Assembly (NCBI GenBank): GCA_030390025.1
Contig: CM059432.1
Span: 124,312,001 to 124,376,000, forward strand
Length of the DNA stretch: 64,000 bases
Direction: 5' to 3'
Source: Squalus acanthias
Taxonomy: Eukaryota
Shown piece after piece: positions 51,101 through 63,459 of this stretch. The stretch's first letter is position 1. Every line of letters starts with the position of its first letter. The notes beneath the pieces are model-generated. The model ran no database searches, had not been told where the DNA came from, and saw nothing but the letters and a program-made list of their open reading frames with translations. The position numbers and the translations under genes are program-made.

Positions 51101-53044
51101 ACGATGAGGAGAGATAGATTACCTTTATCACAGTCACAAAGGATGTCATTTGTAACTTTGATAAGAGCAGTTTCGGTTCTTTGGCAGGGCGGAAACATGA
51201 TTGAAGGGATTCAAGCATGGAGTTGCGGGAAGATGGGCACGGATTTGGGAGGCACGTTCAAGGACTTTGGAGAGGAAAGGGAGGTTGGAGATGGGGTAGT
51301 AGTTTATAAGGACGAAGGGGTCAAGGGTTGTTTTTTTGAGGAGAAGAGTGATGTCGGCAGATTTGAAGGAGAGAGAGACAGTACCTGAGGAGAGAGAACC
51401 GTTAACAATGTCAGCTAACATGGGAGCCAGAAAAGGAAGTTGGGTGGTCAGCAGTTTGGTGGGAATAGGATTGAGGGAGCAGGAAGTGGGTCTCATCAAC
51501 AAGGTGTGCGCGGAGAGGTCATGAGGGGAGATCGGAGAGAAACTGGAGAAAGATGCGAGTTCAGGGGTAGGGCAGGGGGGATCCTTAGAGGAAGTTTGGC
51601 CCAGTGGGCTAGGGGAAGGAAGGGAAGTGGCAGAGGCAGCTGATCAGATGGTCTCAATCTTAGAGACAAAGAAGTCCATGAGCTCCTCGCACTTGTTGTC
51701 GGAGGTGAGGGTGGAGGAGACAGGGGAGTGGGGTTTAAGAAGACGGTTTGCAGTAGAGAAAAGAAGTTGGTGGTTATCTTTGCATTCCAGAATGATCCTA
51801 GAATAGTGAGCAGTTTTGGCAGACGAGAGCAATGCTCAGTAGTGCTTTATGTGGTCCAGCCAGATCTGGCGGTGAATGGCTAAACCAGTTGTCTGCCATA
51901 TCCATTCAAATCTGCATCCCTTGGACTTAAGGGAGCGGAGATAAGGGCCGTACCAGGGGGAACGGCCAGGGTGAGAGAGAGTAATGGTTTTAATGGGGAC
52001 TAGGGCATCAAAGGTGGTGGTGAGGGTGTAGTTGAGCAGATCAGTAGCTGCAGAAATGTCATGGTGAATGGAGGGCCAAAGGCTACACAGTTGGGATTTT
52101 GAAAGTGCAGTTGTAAGAGAGTTGGGAGAGAGTTTTTTCCAGGGGCGGACACAGAAGGAAGTAGGGTTGGGAGGGGGGAGGGGGATGTGGGTGGAGAGTG
52201 ATATAAGGAAGTGGACAGAGATGGCCTTATCTGTGATTGGCACCAAATAGTATTTTGACCCCTGAGTCATTAAGGGAGCTAAAAATCATGAGCACTGAAC
52301 TGTACGGAGAGGAATCAGGGTTTCATTATGGAGCAGCCACATTGCTTCACCAAACTGCAGTATTAATGTTCCAAATTACACATTACTGCATTTGCTCACA
52401 TTCATCTCAACACCGGAATGACAATTCTTTTGCAACTAGTAAAAGTCTATTGAAGGTAATTGGGCGCATCCACACAGCACATTTCCATGAAATGCTTTTT
52501 AAAGCAATCTGCATTTTTGTGTTTTGTTTTGTTTTGTTTTGAGAGAACAAAGAAAGGTCAAATTCGAATGCCAGAAGGTTCCAGTCTGCACTAGAAAATT
52601 GAAGAGGCATACAGAATTACAATCAGAGCAGCATCACTAGGAACAGCACCAAAGAAAGGGCCCGTTCAAGTTAGTTTGTAACATCCTCTCAGGTATGGTT
52701 ATTTAACAATGGCATTGACATGACTATGATGTTAGCATGCAAAGATTTACTGCATTTATACGACATTCCACTTATTGCTTTTGCCTCCTCCAAGACTTCC
52801 TCACTGCTCACTCCATCTCCAGGCACCCACTTTCCCTTACTCTATCAACTTTCATTTTTGCCGCCCCCCCCGACCGCCCCAAACCATCACTAAACATGTC
52901 TATGAATTCCACCATCTGCATCCTTGCCCCTCCTGTCTCAGTTTTCACAATCTAACCTATCGATTGCAGTTCTATTATTATCAACATCATCAACATATCG
53001 GCTGGCTCTGTCACTACAGCCTTAAAAAATGTCATAGAATCATA

Positions 53045-53786
53045 GGGGTAAAAATTCAGTTGGTTGCGCCTCCCATTAGCGCCTTAAGAGGGCGCTAATG
53101 GGGCGCAAAGCCGCTAACGCCCGGGCGCAGCGATGTTTGCGCCGCTCGGGAACTTAACTAGACATTGTGCGGCGGCGCTAAACTTTACCGCTGCGACCAC
53201 CTGCGCGCGCAGATTGTGACGTCATTCCATGGTGCAACGCCCTTGTGGCGCCCCGGAACGGAAATTGAGTGGCGCCCCCTGCCTTACTGCCTGGCGCATC
53301 CAACGACCGGAAGACTGGAACGCTATCAATCGCTGTGGGGCTGGGGGGGGCGCTATTTAAAGGGGGCCTCTTCCTGTCTTTTTCTGTGGTTGACATTTTT
53401 GCACCACTCGTTCTGAGAGAGAGAGAGAGATTCGGAGAGAGAGAAAGAGAGACTTCTGCATTGAGTCAAAGCTTTGTAAGGTCGTTTTGCCTACTGATCC
53501 TAACAGTTGGCCCCCCCCCCGCTTTAAGAACTGGCCGGCGCCAGTGTGTCTGTGTTCCCTCGCTAACTGGCAGCACCTGCGCTGCACTCGCGCGCTGAGT
53601 TAGCGCCTCACTGCTCGGCCTTTGCGCCTTAAGACAGGTGTGCAGCGCCTGATTTAGCGCTCCACTCACCTCCCGGGGCGGTAAAAGTGAAGTTTCCAGT
53701 CAGTGGCGATAATTAGCGCCAGGCACTAATATTTGCGTCCAGACGATATTTGCGCCCCAAACGGGGCGCGACCTAATCTTTCCCCC
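53045..53786. mobile_element. Harbinger-type MITE (742 bp), TAGCGCC family
   Basis: Termini GGGGTAAAAATT / AATCTTTCCCCC with TSD ATA. Confidence 0.9.
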
Positions 53787-54057
53787 ATAGAGTCATAACA
53801 GCACAGAAGGAAGCTATTCATCCCATCGAATCCGTGCCGGCTCTCTGTAGAGCAATCCAGTCAGTCCCATTCCCCCCACTCTATCCCCGTAGTCCTGCAA
53901 ATTTATTTCCCTCAAGTGCCTATCCAGTCTCCCCTTGAAAACATTGAGTGTCTCCGAATCCACCACTTCCGTCGGCAGCGAATTCCAGGTCCTCACCACT
54001 CGCTGCGTAAAAAAGTTTTCCCTCACACCCCCCCGAATCTCTTGCCCAAAACATTAA

Positions 54058-54949
54058 GGGGGAAAAATTCAGTTGGTTGCACCTCCCGTTAGCGCCTTAA
54101 GAGGGCGCTAATGGGGCGCAAAGCAACTAGCGCCTGGGCGCGGCGATGTTTCCGCTGCTCGCGCAATTAACTCGACATTTTGTGGTGGCGCTAAACACTA
54201 CCGCCACGATCTCCTGCGCCGGCAGATCGTGACGTCAGTCGAGTGCGCAACGCCTCGGTAGCGCCCCGGAGCGGATATTGAGTGGCGCCCCCTGCCTTAC
54301 CGCCTGCCGCTAGCAATGACAGGTTGAGGGGAGCGTTTTGCAGTCAGGAAGGGACTGGGGGAGCGCTATTTAAAGGCGACCGCTTCCTGCCTTTTTTGTT
54401 GGTGACATTTTTAAACCACGCATTCTGAGAGAGAGAGAGAGAGACTTCTGGAGAGATTCAATGCTGTGTGAAGGAATTTTGGGTACTGAGCAGCACTTTG
54501 CAGGTTCATTTTGATTTGCCCTTCCTTGTATCGATTTAGAAGAGACTGTGGGTTTTGCACTCTGAGCTCTTTCCCTGGTACTCTCCATTGTTCTTTCCAG
54601 CAGATTTGATGTACAGGTCTCTCCAGGCCGAGATTCAAGGCTGCAATGAGCAGGATGTGGATGGAAAGCAAGATCAACCCTCCCCTTTAAGAGCTGGCCG
54701 GCACCATTGTGTCTGTGTTCCATTGCTGACTGACATCACGTGAGCTTCGCCAGCGCTTTGAGTTAGCGCCTCGCTCCTCGGCCTTTGCGCCTTAAGACAG
54801 ATGTGTAGCGCCTGATTTAGCGCTCCAATCACTTCCAGGGGAGATAAAAGTCAAGTTTGCAGTCGGTGGCGATAATTAGCGCCAGGCGCTAATCTTTGCG
54901 CCCGGACGATAATTGCGCCCCAAAAGGGTCGATACTGAATTTCTCCCCC
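54058..54949. mobile_element. Harbinger-type MITE (892 bp), TAGCGCC family
   Basis: Termini GGGGGAAAAATTCAGT / ACTGAATTTCTCCCCC with TSD TAA. Confidence 0.93.
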
Positions 54950-55382
54950 TAAATCTGTGTCCCCTAGTCCTTGTACCATCAACTGGTGGGAACAGCCTTT
55001 CCCCGTCTAGCCTATCCAAATCTGTCATAATCTTGTACACCTCTATCAAATCACCCCTCAACCTCCTTTGCTCTAATGAAAACAAATCCAGCTTCTCCAA
55101 CCTGTCCTTGTAATTAAGATCTCCCAGCCCCGGAACCATTCTGGTAAATCTCCTCTGCACCCTCTCAAGGGCCTTCACATCCTTCCTAAAGTGTGGTGAC
55201 CAGAACTGGACGTAATACTCCAGTTGCGGCCTAACCAGCGCTTTATAAATGTTCAGCAAAACTTATCTACTTTTGTACTCAATACCTCTATTTATGAAGT
55301 GGAGATGCCGGCGTTGGACTGGGGTGGACAAAAATGAGAAGTCGCACAACACCAGGTTATAGTCCAACAGATTTATTTAATT

Positions 55383-55421
55383 TTACAAGCTTTCGAAGCA
55401 GTTCGCTCCTTCGTCAGGTAA
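55383..55421 (-). ncRNA. Minimal hammerhead ribozyme motif (minus-strand copy)
   Basis: Exact reverse complement of 55501-55539. Confidence 0.75.
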
Positions 55422-55500
55422 GTTAGCAATGAGAGAATCTCCCAGAATCCAAAATTCTGGGTTTAAATTGTGAATTCTGGGAGATTCTCTCATTGCTAAC

Positions 55501-55539
55501 TTACCTGACGAAGGAGCGAACTGCTTCGAAAGCTTGTAA
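55501..55539 (+). ncRNA. Minimal hammerhead ribozyme motif
   Basis: TTAC-CTGACGA-A-GGAGC-GAACT-GCTTC-GAAA-GC-TT-GTAA. Stems I and II pair, and palindromic AAGCTT occupies stem III. Confidence 0.75.
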
Positions 55540-57991
55540 AATTAAATAAATCTGTTGGACTATAACCTGGTGTTGTGCGACTTCTCTATTTATGAAACCC
55601 AAGATCCCATATGCTTTGTTAAACACTCTCTCAATATGTCCTGCCACCTTCAGGGACCTATGCACATTAACTCCGAGGTCCCTCTGTCCCGGCACACTCT
55701 TTAAAACGATGCCATTAAATGTATATTGCCACTCGCTGTTCCTTCTGCCAAAATGCATCGCCACACATTTCTCTGTATTAAATTCCGTTGGCCACTTGTT
55801 TGCCCATATAGCCTTTCTATGTCCTGTTGCAGTCGATTGGTATCATTCTCACTGCTTCCACACTCCCAAGTTTGGTGTCATCGGCAAATTTAGAATTTCT
55901 ACTTTGTATTCCAATATCCAGGTCATTTATATATATCAAGAAATCAGTGGCCCCAGCACTGACCCTTGGGGAACACCACTGTCTACCATCCCCTCGTCTG
56001 AAAAACTCGCTATTTTCTGTCCTTAAGCCAATTCCGATCCAAGCTGCCACTGACCCACCTATTCCATGAGCCTCAATTTTGTTAACCAGCCTTCTATATG
56101 ATACTTTGTCAAACGCCTTCCTAAAATCCATGTAGACAACATCCATTGCATTCCCTTCATCAATCCTCCCTGTTACTTCATCAAAAAATTCAATTAGATT
56201 AGTCAAACATGATCTGTCTTTTACAAATCCGTGTTGGCTCTCCTTAATTAGCTTAAACATCTCCAAGTGCCCGTTAATTTTTTCCTTGATTATTGTTTCT
56301 AAAACTTTACCCACCACTGATGTTAAACTAACGGGCCTGTAGTTACTAGGATTGTCCTTACACCCTTTCTTGAACAATGGTGTCACATTTGCCACTTTCC
56401 AATTCTCAGGCACTTCCCCCGCATCTAGGGAAGATTGGAAAATTATGGCAAGCCCTTCCACTATCTCCTCCCCCAATTCCCTTAGCAATCTGGGATGCAA
56501 GCCATCTGGACCAGGCAACTTATCCACTCTAAGCATACCCAGCCTTTCTAGTACATCCTGTCTATCAATTTTCACCCCTTCCATTGCTTCTACCTTTTCC
56601 ACTGCTACCAATATTTTGTCAGCATCCACCTCCTTAGTAAACACCAATACAAAGTACTCATTGAGTATTCTAGCTTTGCCCTGCGCCTCTAACCATATAT
56701 GACCTTCTTTGTCTCTAATAGGCCCCACCCCACCTCTTACTACCTACTTACTGTTTACATGCCGGTCGAAGATTTTTGTGTTCCCTTTTATGTTAACTGC
56801 CATTCTACTCTCATATTCTCTCTTTGACAATCTTATTTTCATCTTCACTTCCCCTCTCAACTTAATTGTATTTGGTCTGGTTCTCCCTTGAAGAATTCAC
56901 CTGACATGCATCATACATCTCGTTTTTTGTTTCATCATCTTCTCTATCTCCCTCCTCATCCAAGGAGCCCTTGCTTTGGTTCCCTTGTCCTTCCCTCTTG
57001 TTGGAATGTACCTAGCCTGTACTTGGAACATCTCCTCCTTAAAGATCACCCATTGTTCCCTTACAGTTTTTCCTGTCAGTCTTTGGTTCCATTTTAACCT
57101 GGCTAGATCCTTTTACATCCCATTGAAGTTAGCCCTATTCCAGTTTAGAAGTTCCACTCTAGATTGTTCCTTGCTCCTCTCCATTGCTAATCTAAATCTT
57201 ATGATACGATGATCACTCGTACCCAAGTGTTCTCCCACAGACACTTGGTCGACCTGGCCCACCTCATTCCCCAGCAGCAGATCCAGCAATGCCTCCTTCC
57301 TAGTTGGGCCAAGAACATACTGGTCATGGAAATTCTCCTGAACACGTTTCAGAAATTCCTCCCCCTCCTTTCCCTTTACCCTAGCATTATCCCAATCGAT
57401 ATTTGGGTAATTAAAGTCCCCCAATAGCAAAACTCTAAAACTCTTGCATATCTCTGCGATTTCCCTACAGATTTGCTCCTCTACCTCCCTCTCACTATTT
57501 GGAGGCCTGTAGAATACCCCCAATAGCGTGATCATACCCTTTTTGCTCCTCAACTCTAACCAAATGGATTCTGTCCTTGTCCCCTCAAGAACATCCTCCC
57601 TTTCCAACACTACAGTGTCTTCCTTAATCAGCACTGCCACCCCGCCTCCCTTTTTTCCTTCCCTATCTTTTCTGAACACCTTGTACCCTTGAATATTAAG
57701 TGCCCAGTCCTCACCATTTTTAAGCCACATTTCCGTTATTGCCACATCATATTGCCACACGGCTAATTGTGCTTGTAGCTCACCAACCTTATTCACCACA
57801 CTTTGTGCGTTTACGTACATGCATTCTAAACCCATTTTTGAATTTTTCGTAGTCTTTCTTAGTCTGCTCCTATCTAATATGGTACTACTACCACCTCTAG
57901 TACTATCTTCTCTAGTACTATCCAACACACTCACTCTTTTATGCACCTTATTCCACTTTTCTACTCCTATATGCTGGTGCCCTCTGCCAAG

Positions 57992-58940
57992 CTAGTTTAA
58001 ACCCTCCCCAACAGCACTAGCAAACCTCCCCGCGAGAATATTGGTCCCGGCTCTATTGAGGTGTAACCCGTCCAGCTTGTACAGGTCCCACCTTCCCCAG
58101 AAATGGTCCCAATGCCTCAGGAATCTAAAGCCCTCCCTCCCGCACCATCTCTCCAGCCACGCATTCATCTGTTCTATCCTCCTATTCCTGTACTCACTAG
58201 CACGTGGCACCGGGAGTAATCCGGAGATTACTACCTTTGAGGTCCTGCTTTTTAATCTCTCTCCTAGCTCCCTAAACTCTGGCTGCAGGGCCTCATCCCT
58301 CTTTCTGCCTATGTCATTGGTCCCGATATGGACAATGACCTCTGGCTATTCACCCTCCCCACTCAGAGTGTCCTGCAGCCACTCAGTGACATCCTTGACC
58401 CTGGCACCAGTCAGGCAACATACCATCCTGGAGTCACGTCTGTGGCTGCAGAAATGCCTGTCTGCTCCCCTAACTATTGAATCCCCTAGCACTGTTGCTC
58501 TTCCACTCTTTTTCCTCCCCCCCTGTGCAGCTGAGCCACCCGTGTTGCCATGGACTTGACTCTGGCTGCACTCCCCAGAGGAACCATCGCCCCCACAAGT
58601 ACTCAGAACAGAATACTGGTTGGAGAGCGCGATGCACTCCGGGGACTCCTGCACTACCTGCCTGGACCTCCTCTTCTGTCTGGCGGTCATCCATTCCCTC
58701 TCTGCCTGCATACTCTTAAGCTGCGGGGTGACCACCTCCAGAAACGTGCTATCCACGTAACTCTCAGCCTTGCGGATGCAGTGACTCCAGCTGCAGCTCA
58801 AGCTCTGAAACACGGATCTCGAGCTGCCGTAGCTGGCGACACTTCCTGCACATGTGGTCATCCAGGCTACGCGAAGCGTCCAGGACTTCGCACATGGCAC
58901 AGAATGTGCATTCCACGGGACTGAGCTGCCCTTCCGTGCC
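57992..58940 (-). pseudogene. CR1 ORF1 (zinc finger/leucine zipper + SGNH esterase), frameshifted
   Basis: CTFCAMCE...HMCRKCRQLRQLEIRVSELELQLESL; VLGDSIVRG; DGLHLNRAG. Confidence 0.92.
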
Positions 58941-59139
58941 TCTATTTAATAGACTAAGAACTAACTTAGCAGAAATAAACTTAAAACTTAACAAAAAACA
59001 CTCACCAGCTACTCACCAATCAGCTCCTTCCCTTGTGCCGACGTCACTTTTTCTACTCTGACGTCACTCTATCGGATTCTGCCTCTGTTGAGTTGCTGCC
59101 TCTCTCGCTCTGCTCCCGCTCAGGTCCACTGCCTCCTCT

Positions 59140-59755
59140 TCCTCTCGCGCTCTTTATAGCGCCTCTGCTCTCGCCGCTCCTCTCGCCATTGCTCTCACGA
59201 TCTTTACAGCGCCGCTGCTCCCGCTCCTCTCACCGCTCCTCTCGCCATTGCTCTCGCGCTCTTTAAAGCGCCGCTGCTCCCGCTCCTCTCACCGCTCCTC
59301 TCACCGCTCCTCTCACCGCTCCTCTCGCCATTGCTCTCACGCTCTTTAAAGCGCCGCTGCTCCCGCTCCTCTCACCGCTCCTCTCACCGCTCCTCTCGCC
59401 ATTGCTCTCACGCTCTTTAAAGCGCCGCTGCTCCCGCTCCTCTCACCGCTCCTCTCACCGCTCCTCTCGCCATTGCTCTCGCGCTCTTTAAAGCGCCGCT
59501 GCTCCCGCTCCTCTCACCGCTCCTCTCACCGCTCCTCTCACCGCTCCTCTCGCCATTGCTCTCACGCTCTTTAAAGCGCCGCTGCTCCCGCTCCTCTCAC
59601 CGCTCCTCTCACCGCTCCTCTCGCCATTGCTCTCGCGCTCTTTAAAGCGCCGCTGCTCCCGCTCCTCTCACCGCTCCTCTCGTGCTCTTTATAGCGCCAC
59701 TGCTCCCACTCCTCTCGCTGGCCTCTCGCCGCTCCTCTCGCTGGCCTCTCGCCGC
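59140..59755. repeat. Compound minisatellite in the CR1 5' UTR
   Basis: Units GCTCTTTAAAGCGCCGCTGCTC + (CCGCTCCTCTCA)n + CCGCTCCTCTCGCCATTGCTCTC(A/G)C. Confidence 0.92.
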
Positions 59756-61065
59756 TTTCTCAAAAAAACTGCTCTCAACCCTTCCATTCTCTCCAACTAT
59801 TGCCCCATCTCAATCCTTCCTTTTCTTTCCGAAGCCTTGCAACACTGCTCCACTTCTTCCACATTCCTTGTTCAAAGCCCTGCAATCACACCACCTGGTC
59901 AAAGTCATCAACAGCACTGTACGTGACTTCAGCTCACTGTTCCCTCCTCATCCTCTCCATTGCTGTTGTCACTCCATCCTTCTTGAACATGGCTCCTTTG
60001 TAGTCCATCTCCATAATATGACTCTCTCTTGGTTTCACTCCTACCTTTTGCGCTGTAGGCATTATATCACCTCGAGTGGTTTCTCCCCCATGTCTGCCCA
60101 GTCACCCCTCGTGTAGCCTACAGCACCCCCTCCTCCTCATTTACACACTATCCCTTGGCAATGTTAAGAGGAAAGATGGGGTCAACTTTCATATGCATGC
60201 TGACAGCAGTCACTGTGTTATGTGAGTTGCTAGCTCATATATTTAATACCTCATTGAGGGTGGGAATGTTGCCATGGACTAGGAACAGGCCCATATGGTG
60301 CCCTTATTTAGGAAGACTAGTAAGTGAGAACTTTGGAATTATAGGCCAATTAGTTTGAATTCAGTTATATGTCAGGGACGAGAAAGAATTACTGGAGATG
60401 CACTGTACAGTCACTTGAAAAGAACAACAGTTTTAGGGGATTGCAATGTGGCTTTTGGAAATTAATGCCCTGCCTCACAAACTTGGTTGAATCTTTTGAA
60501 GAGGGAACGAAGTTGGTGGATGATGGTAGTTTGGTAACTATTGTCCATCTCGATTTGCACAAAAGCCTTTATTAAAGTGCTACACAGGAGGCTATTACGT
60601 AAGGGAAGGTTGCACCCTGTAGGATTGGCAGGCAGATTTTAAGCTGGATAACAAATTGATTGCATTCGAAAAGGCAGTGTGTAGTTATTAATGGTAGCAG
60701 CTCTGCATGGTGTCTGCTTGCCAGTGGAGTCCATTAGGGATCTACGTCAGGACCACTGCTCTTCGCCACCTTTATCAATATTCGGATAAAAGAATCAGAT
60801 AAACAATTAAATTTTCTTATGACATAAAGATGTAAGTGGGAGTTAGGATTTGAGATAAATAAATAGGCTGCAGTGAGTAAATGGCAAATCAATGGAACAG
60901 GCTCCCTAGGGAGATGGTGGAAGCTGAGAGTGTTGATTCATTCAATGCAAATTAGATAGATTTATTTCAGAAAATAATATTTTGTGATCAATATATGAGT
61001 AATTTGAGACACAAAATATGGTAAGTGCAGCAGACTTGGGAGGAACAGGTGATTTTGGACCTATG

Positions 61066-63072
61066 GGGCTAAAAATTCGATAAGGCCCAGAACTGCTCGA
61101 GGTCATCCTCCAAGGCCATCTGCAGTCTTGCCCACTGAAAGTTAGCAGCCTTCCACCAGCCATGCTGCAGCCACTGGGGTAGCACTTCATAGGAACACTA
61201 GAGTAGGCAAAGGCACACGAAAGACAGGCACTAAGGGAATGCACAAGTTTGATTAGTTGACTTTGTTATGTTGTATTGGAATAAATCATTTATAAATTAT
61301 GTTTGGAATGTTTGTTTTGTGGTGGCTTTCATTTCAGCTTTGTGCCCAGGAGGACGCTATGATGTTCCGTGACAGAGGTATGGTAAGGTAGGGAAGTGTT
61401 AAGCAACAGGGATCTGGGGGTTTCATTCGGGGAAGCGGAGTCTGAAGATGCACTCATGGACAGCCCGTCCGGAACGTGGATTTGCAGGCTGCCTCCTCCC
61501 TTCTTCCTCCTCCTCCTCCTCCTCCTCCTCCACGTCCCCTTCCTCTTCCTTCCCCGCTTCCTCCTCCGAAGGTGGTTGTGGAACCCGTGGTGGAAAAGGC
61601 AGTGCCCTCATGATGGCCAAGTTGTGGAGGATGCAGCAGACCACCACGAATTGGGACACCCACTCCGGCAAGTACTGGAGGGCTCCTCCCGAGCAGTCAA
61701 GGCAATGGAACCATTGCTTTAGTACCCCGATGGTCTGCTCGATGAGGTTCCTCGTGGTAGCATTATATGAGTGTTGGCCACGAGTGGTGGGGTTGCGGAG
61801 GGGAGTCATCAGCCAGGTGTAGAACGGATAGCCCTTGTGACCTAGCAGCCACCCTCGGGTTCAACGTGGTGGCTGAAAGATTGCTGGCAAAGCGAATTGG
61901 TGCAGGATGAAGGCATCATGACTGCTGCCTGGATACTGGGCATTCACCATCATGATGTGCTAGACGTGATCGCCCACCAACAGCACATGTGTGTGGTACC
62001 CTTTGCGGTTACTGAACATCTCACCATTGAGATGTGGCGCCCGCAAACCATGTGTGTGCAGTCGATGGCGCGCTGCACCATGGGGAAGGCCGATATCCTG
62101 GCAAAGTTACATGCACGCTCCTCCTACTTCTCTCTGTTTAGAAGACAATAAAGTCCCCTCTCCTAGAGTACAGAGTCTCTGTGACCTCCCGGATGCAGAG
62201 ATGGATGGCAGACAGCGAGATGTTTGCTATGTCACCTGTTCCAGCCTGTAAGGATCCGCTGATGAAAAGTTTCAGGGCCACCGTCACCTTGAGGACCATT
62301 GGCATTGCCATCGTCGCCCTGCTCTGTGGCTGCAGGTCTGTTTCCAAGAGGTGGCAGAGTTCCGTGACCACCTCCTTGGTGAAGCCGAGCCGCTGAATAC
62401 ACTGCTCTTGGCTTAAGTGCAGGGAGGAGAATTGCTCCCTGAAGACCCTAGGTGGGTAAGGCCTCCTGCTGAGAGCCCTCCTCCCCTCCTCCTCCTCCCT
62501 CTGCAAGCAGCTTGTCTTCTTTGCTGCCTCTGCTCCATCTCCCTGTCATGCTGCAGCGCGAGGGGGACTGCAAGTAGAGCCCCTCTGACTGGGAGCAAGT
62601 GGTGTACTCAGAGGCCTTCCAGTAGCAGCCAACACCTTTCCAATGTCCAGCAGCACTCCCTGCACACTTTAACAACTTTTGAAATGTCTTTCAGCAACTC
62701 AGTATTTATACAAACTCTGCAAGAGTCAGTACAAGAGCAATAATCAACTTCCCTGCAAGTTGGATGTTTCCCTTTAAATAGTGCTGGTGAGGGGTCCCTC
62801 GTGCAACTGTGCTTGTTTAGGAGACGGCATTGAATGGAGTGGCAACATCCAAAATGGCAGGTTGTGCAGCAAGTCAGCGTTAAACACTGACTGACATCAC
62901 AATCTGCCTACTCTGCATACTGCCGGTGCACGCACTTACTGCCCGCGCTATCGCCCTCACCAAGATGGCGAACAGCGCGGGTCACGCCGGAAGTGGTTGC
63001 AGGCGAGGTGGACGCCATTCTTTTTCAAAACTGGCCCTAACTACCGGCGCTAAGGTGCAGAATTTTGCAGCC
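61066..63072. mobile_element. Harbinger derivative (2007 bp) with transposase but only the last about 55 codons of the partner gene
   Basis: Termini GGGCTAAAAATTC / GAATTTTGCAGCC with TSD ATG. Confidence 0.88.
61423..62600 (-). pseudogene. HARBI1-like transposase, frameshifted
   Basis: RRPYPPRVFRE...[43 protein letters not shown]...[10 protein letters not shown]; poly-E tail. Confidence 0.92.
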
Positions 63073-63459
63073 ATGGTTCCCAAAGTTTTTGGCATTGGGG
63101 CTTTTCCTCGCCTCTGGATTTGGGATCTGTTAGACTAATTGAGAGAAATTAATTGCCATGATTAATCCACAACTTCATTATTGTTGCATAATGCAATGAC
63201 CAGGATAACAGTAGGCAAACTAGATAGACCTTTGTCTTTTTCTGTTTTGCAATTCCTATGTCCCTATGATCTAGATAGATTGAGAGAATGGACCCAGGAG
63301 TGGCAGATGTTCTTCAATGTGGATAATGCAGCTTGATATATTTTGGGCCAGGGTGATTGCAGGCGTGTATATGCTATGCAGGTTGCCCACTTAAGGCCAC
63401 AGAATAGGAGAGGGATCCGGGGATTGTAGTTCACAAAACATTGAAGATCTATGAACAGT

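Larger units (their letters stand above)
47409..52245 (-). mobile_element. L2 LINE (about 2.4 kb net) split by a CR1; pieces 47409-48642 and about 51102-52245
   Basis: (TTG)n tail, MYADDTQLYL, NIGKTEVIVFG, NYYPISNLPFLSKVLER. The two pieces are collinear. Confidence 0.92.
55299..55585 (-). mobile_element. Truncated Penelope-like element with inverted pseudo-LTRs
   Basis: Perfect 113-bp inverted repeat (55336-55448 / 55474-55586) plus a 37-bp unpaired tail. Flanking duplication CTCTATTTATGAA at 55286-55298 and 55584-55596. Confidence 0.85.
53850..57830 (-). pseudogene. CR1 ORF2 (APE + RT), disrupted
   Basis: CMYVNAQSVVNK...GDFNYP...SDHRII; PGPDGLHPRLL...DFRKAFDKV...KFADDTKLG; RPQLEYYVQFWSP. 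Confidence 0.93.
53033..59755 (-). mobile_element. Full-length CR1 LINE (5' UTR, ORF1, ORF2, tail) with three nested insertions
   Basis: Ordered tandem-repeat 5' UTR, ORF1, APE, RT, 3' UTR and TCTATGA-type tail. Confidence 0.93.
52785..60200 (+). mobile_element. Old L2 fragment split by a full-length CR1 (pieces about 52785-53035 and 59755-60200)
   Basis: GSVTTALKNVI on the left continues as FLKKTALNPSILSNYCPISILPFLSEAL on the right. Confidence 0.7.

Noticed and set aside
59140..59755. CRISPR-like array
   Set aside because: There are no unique spacers. It is a eukaryotic minisatellite within a LINE UTR.
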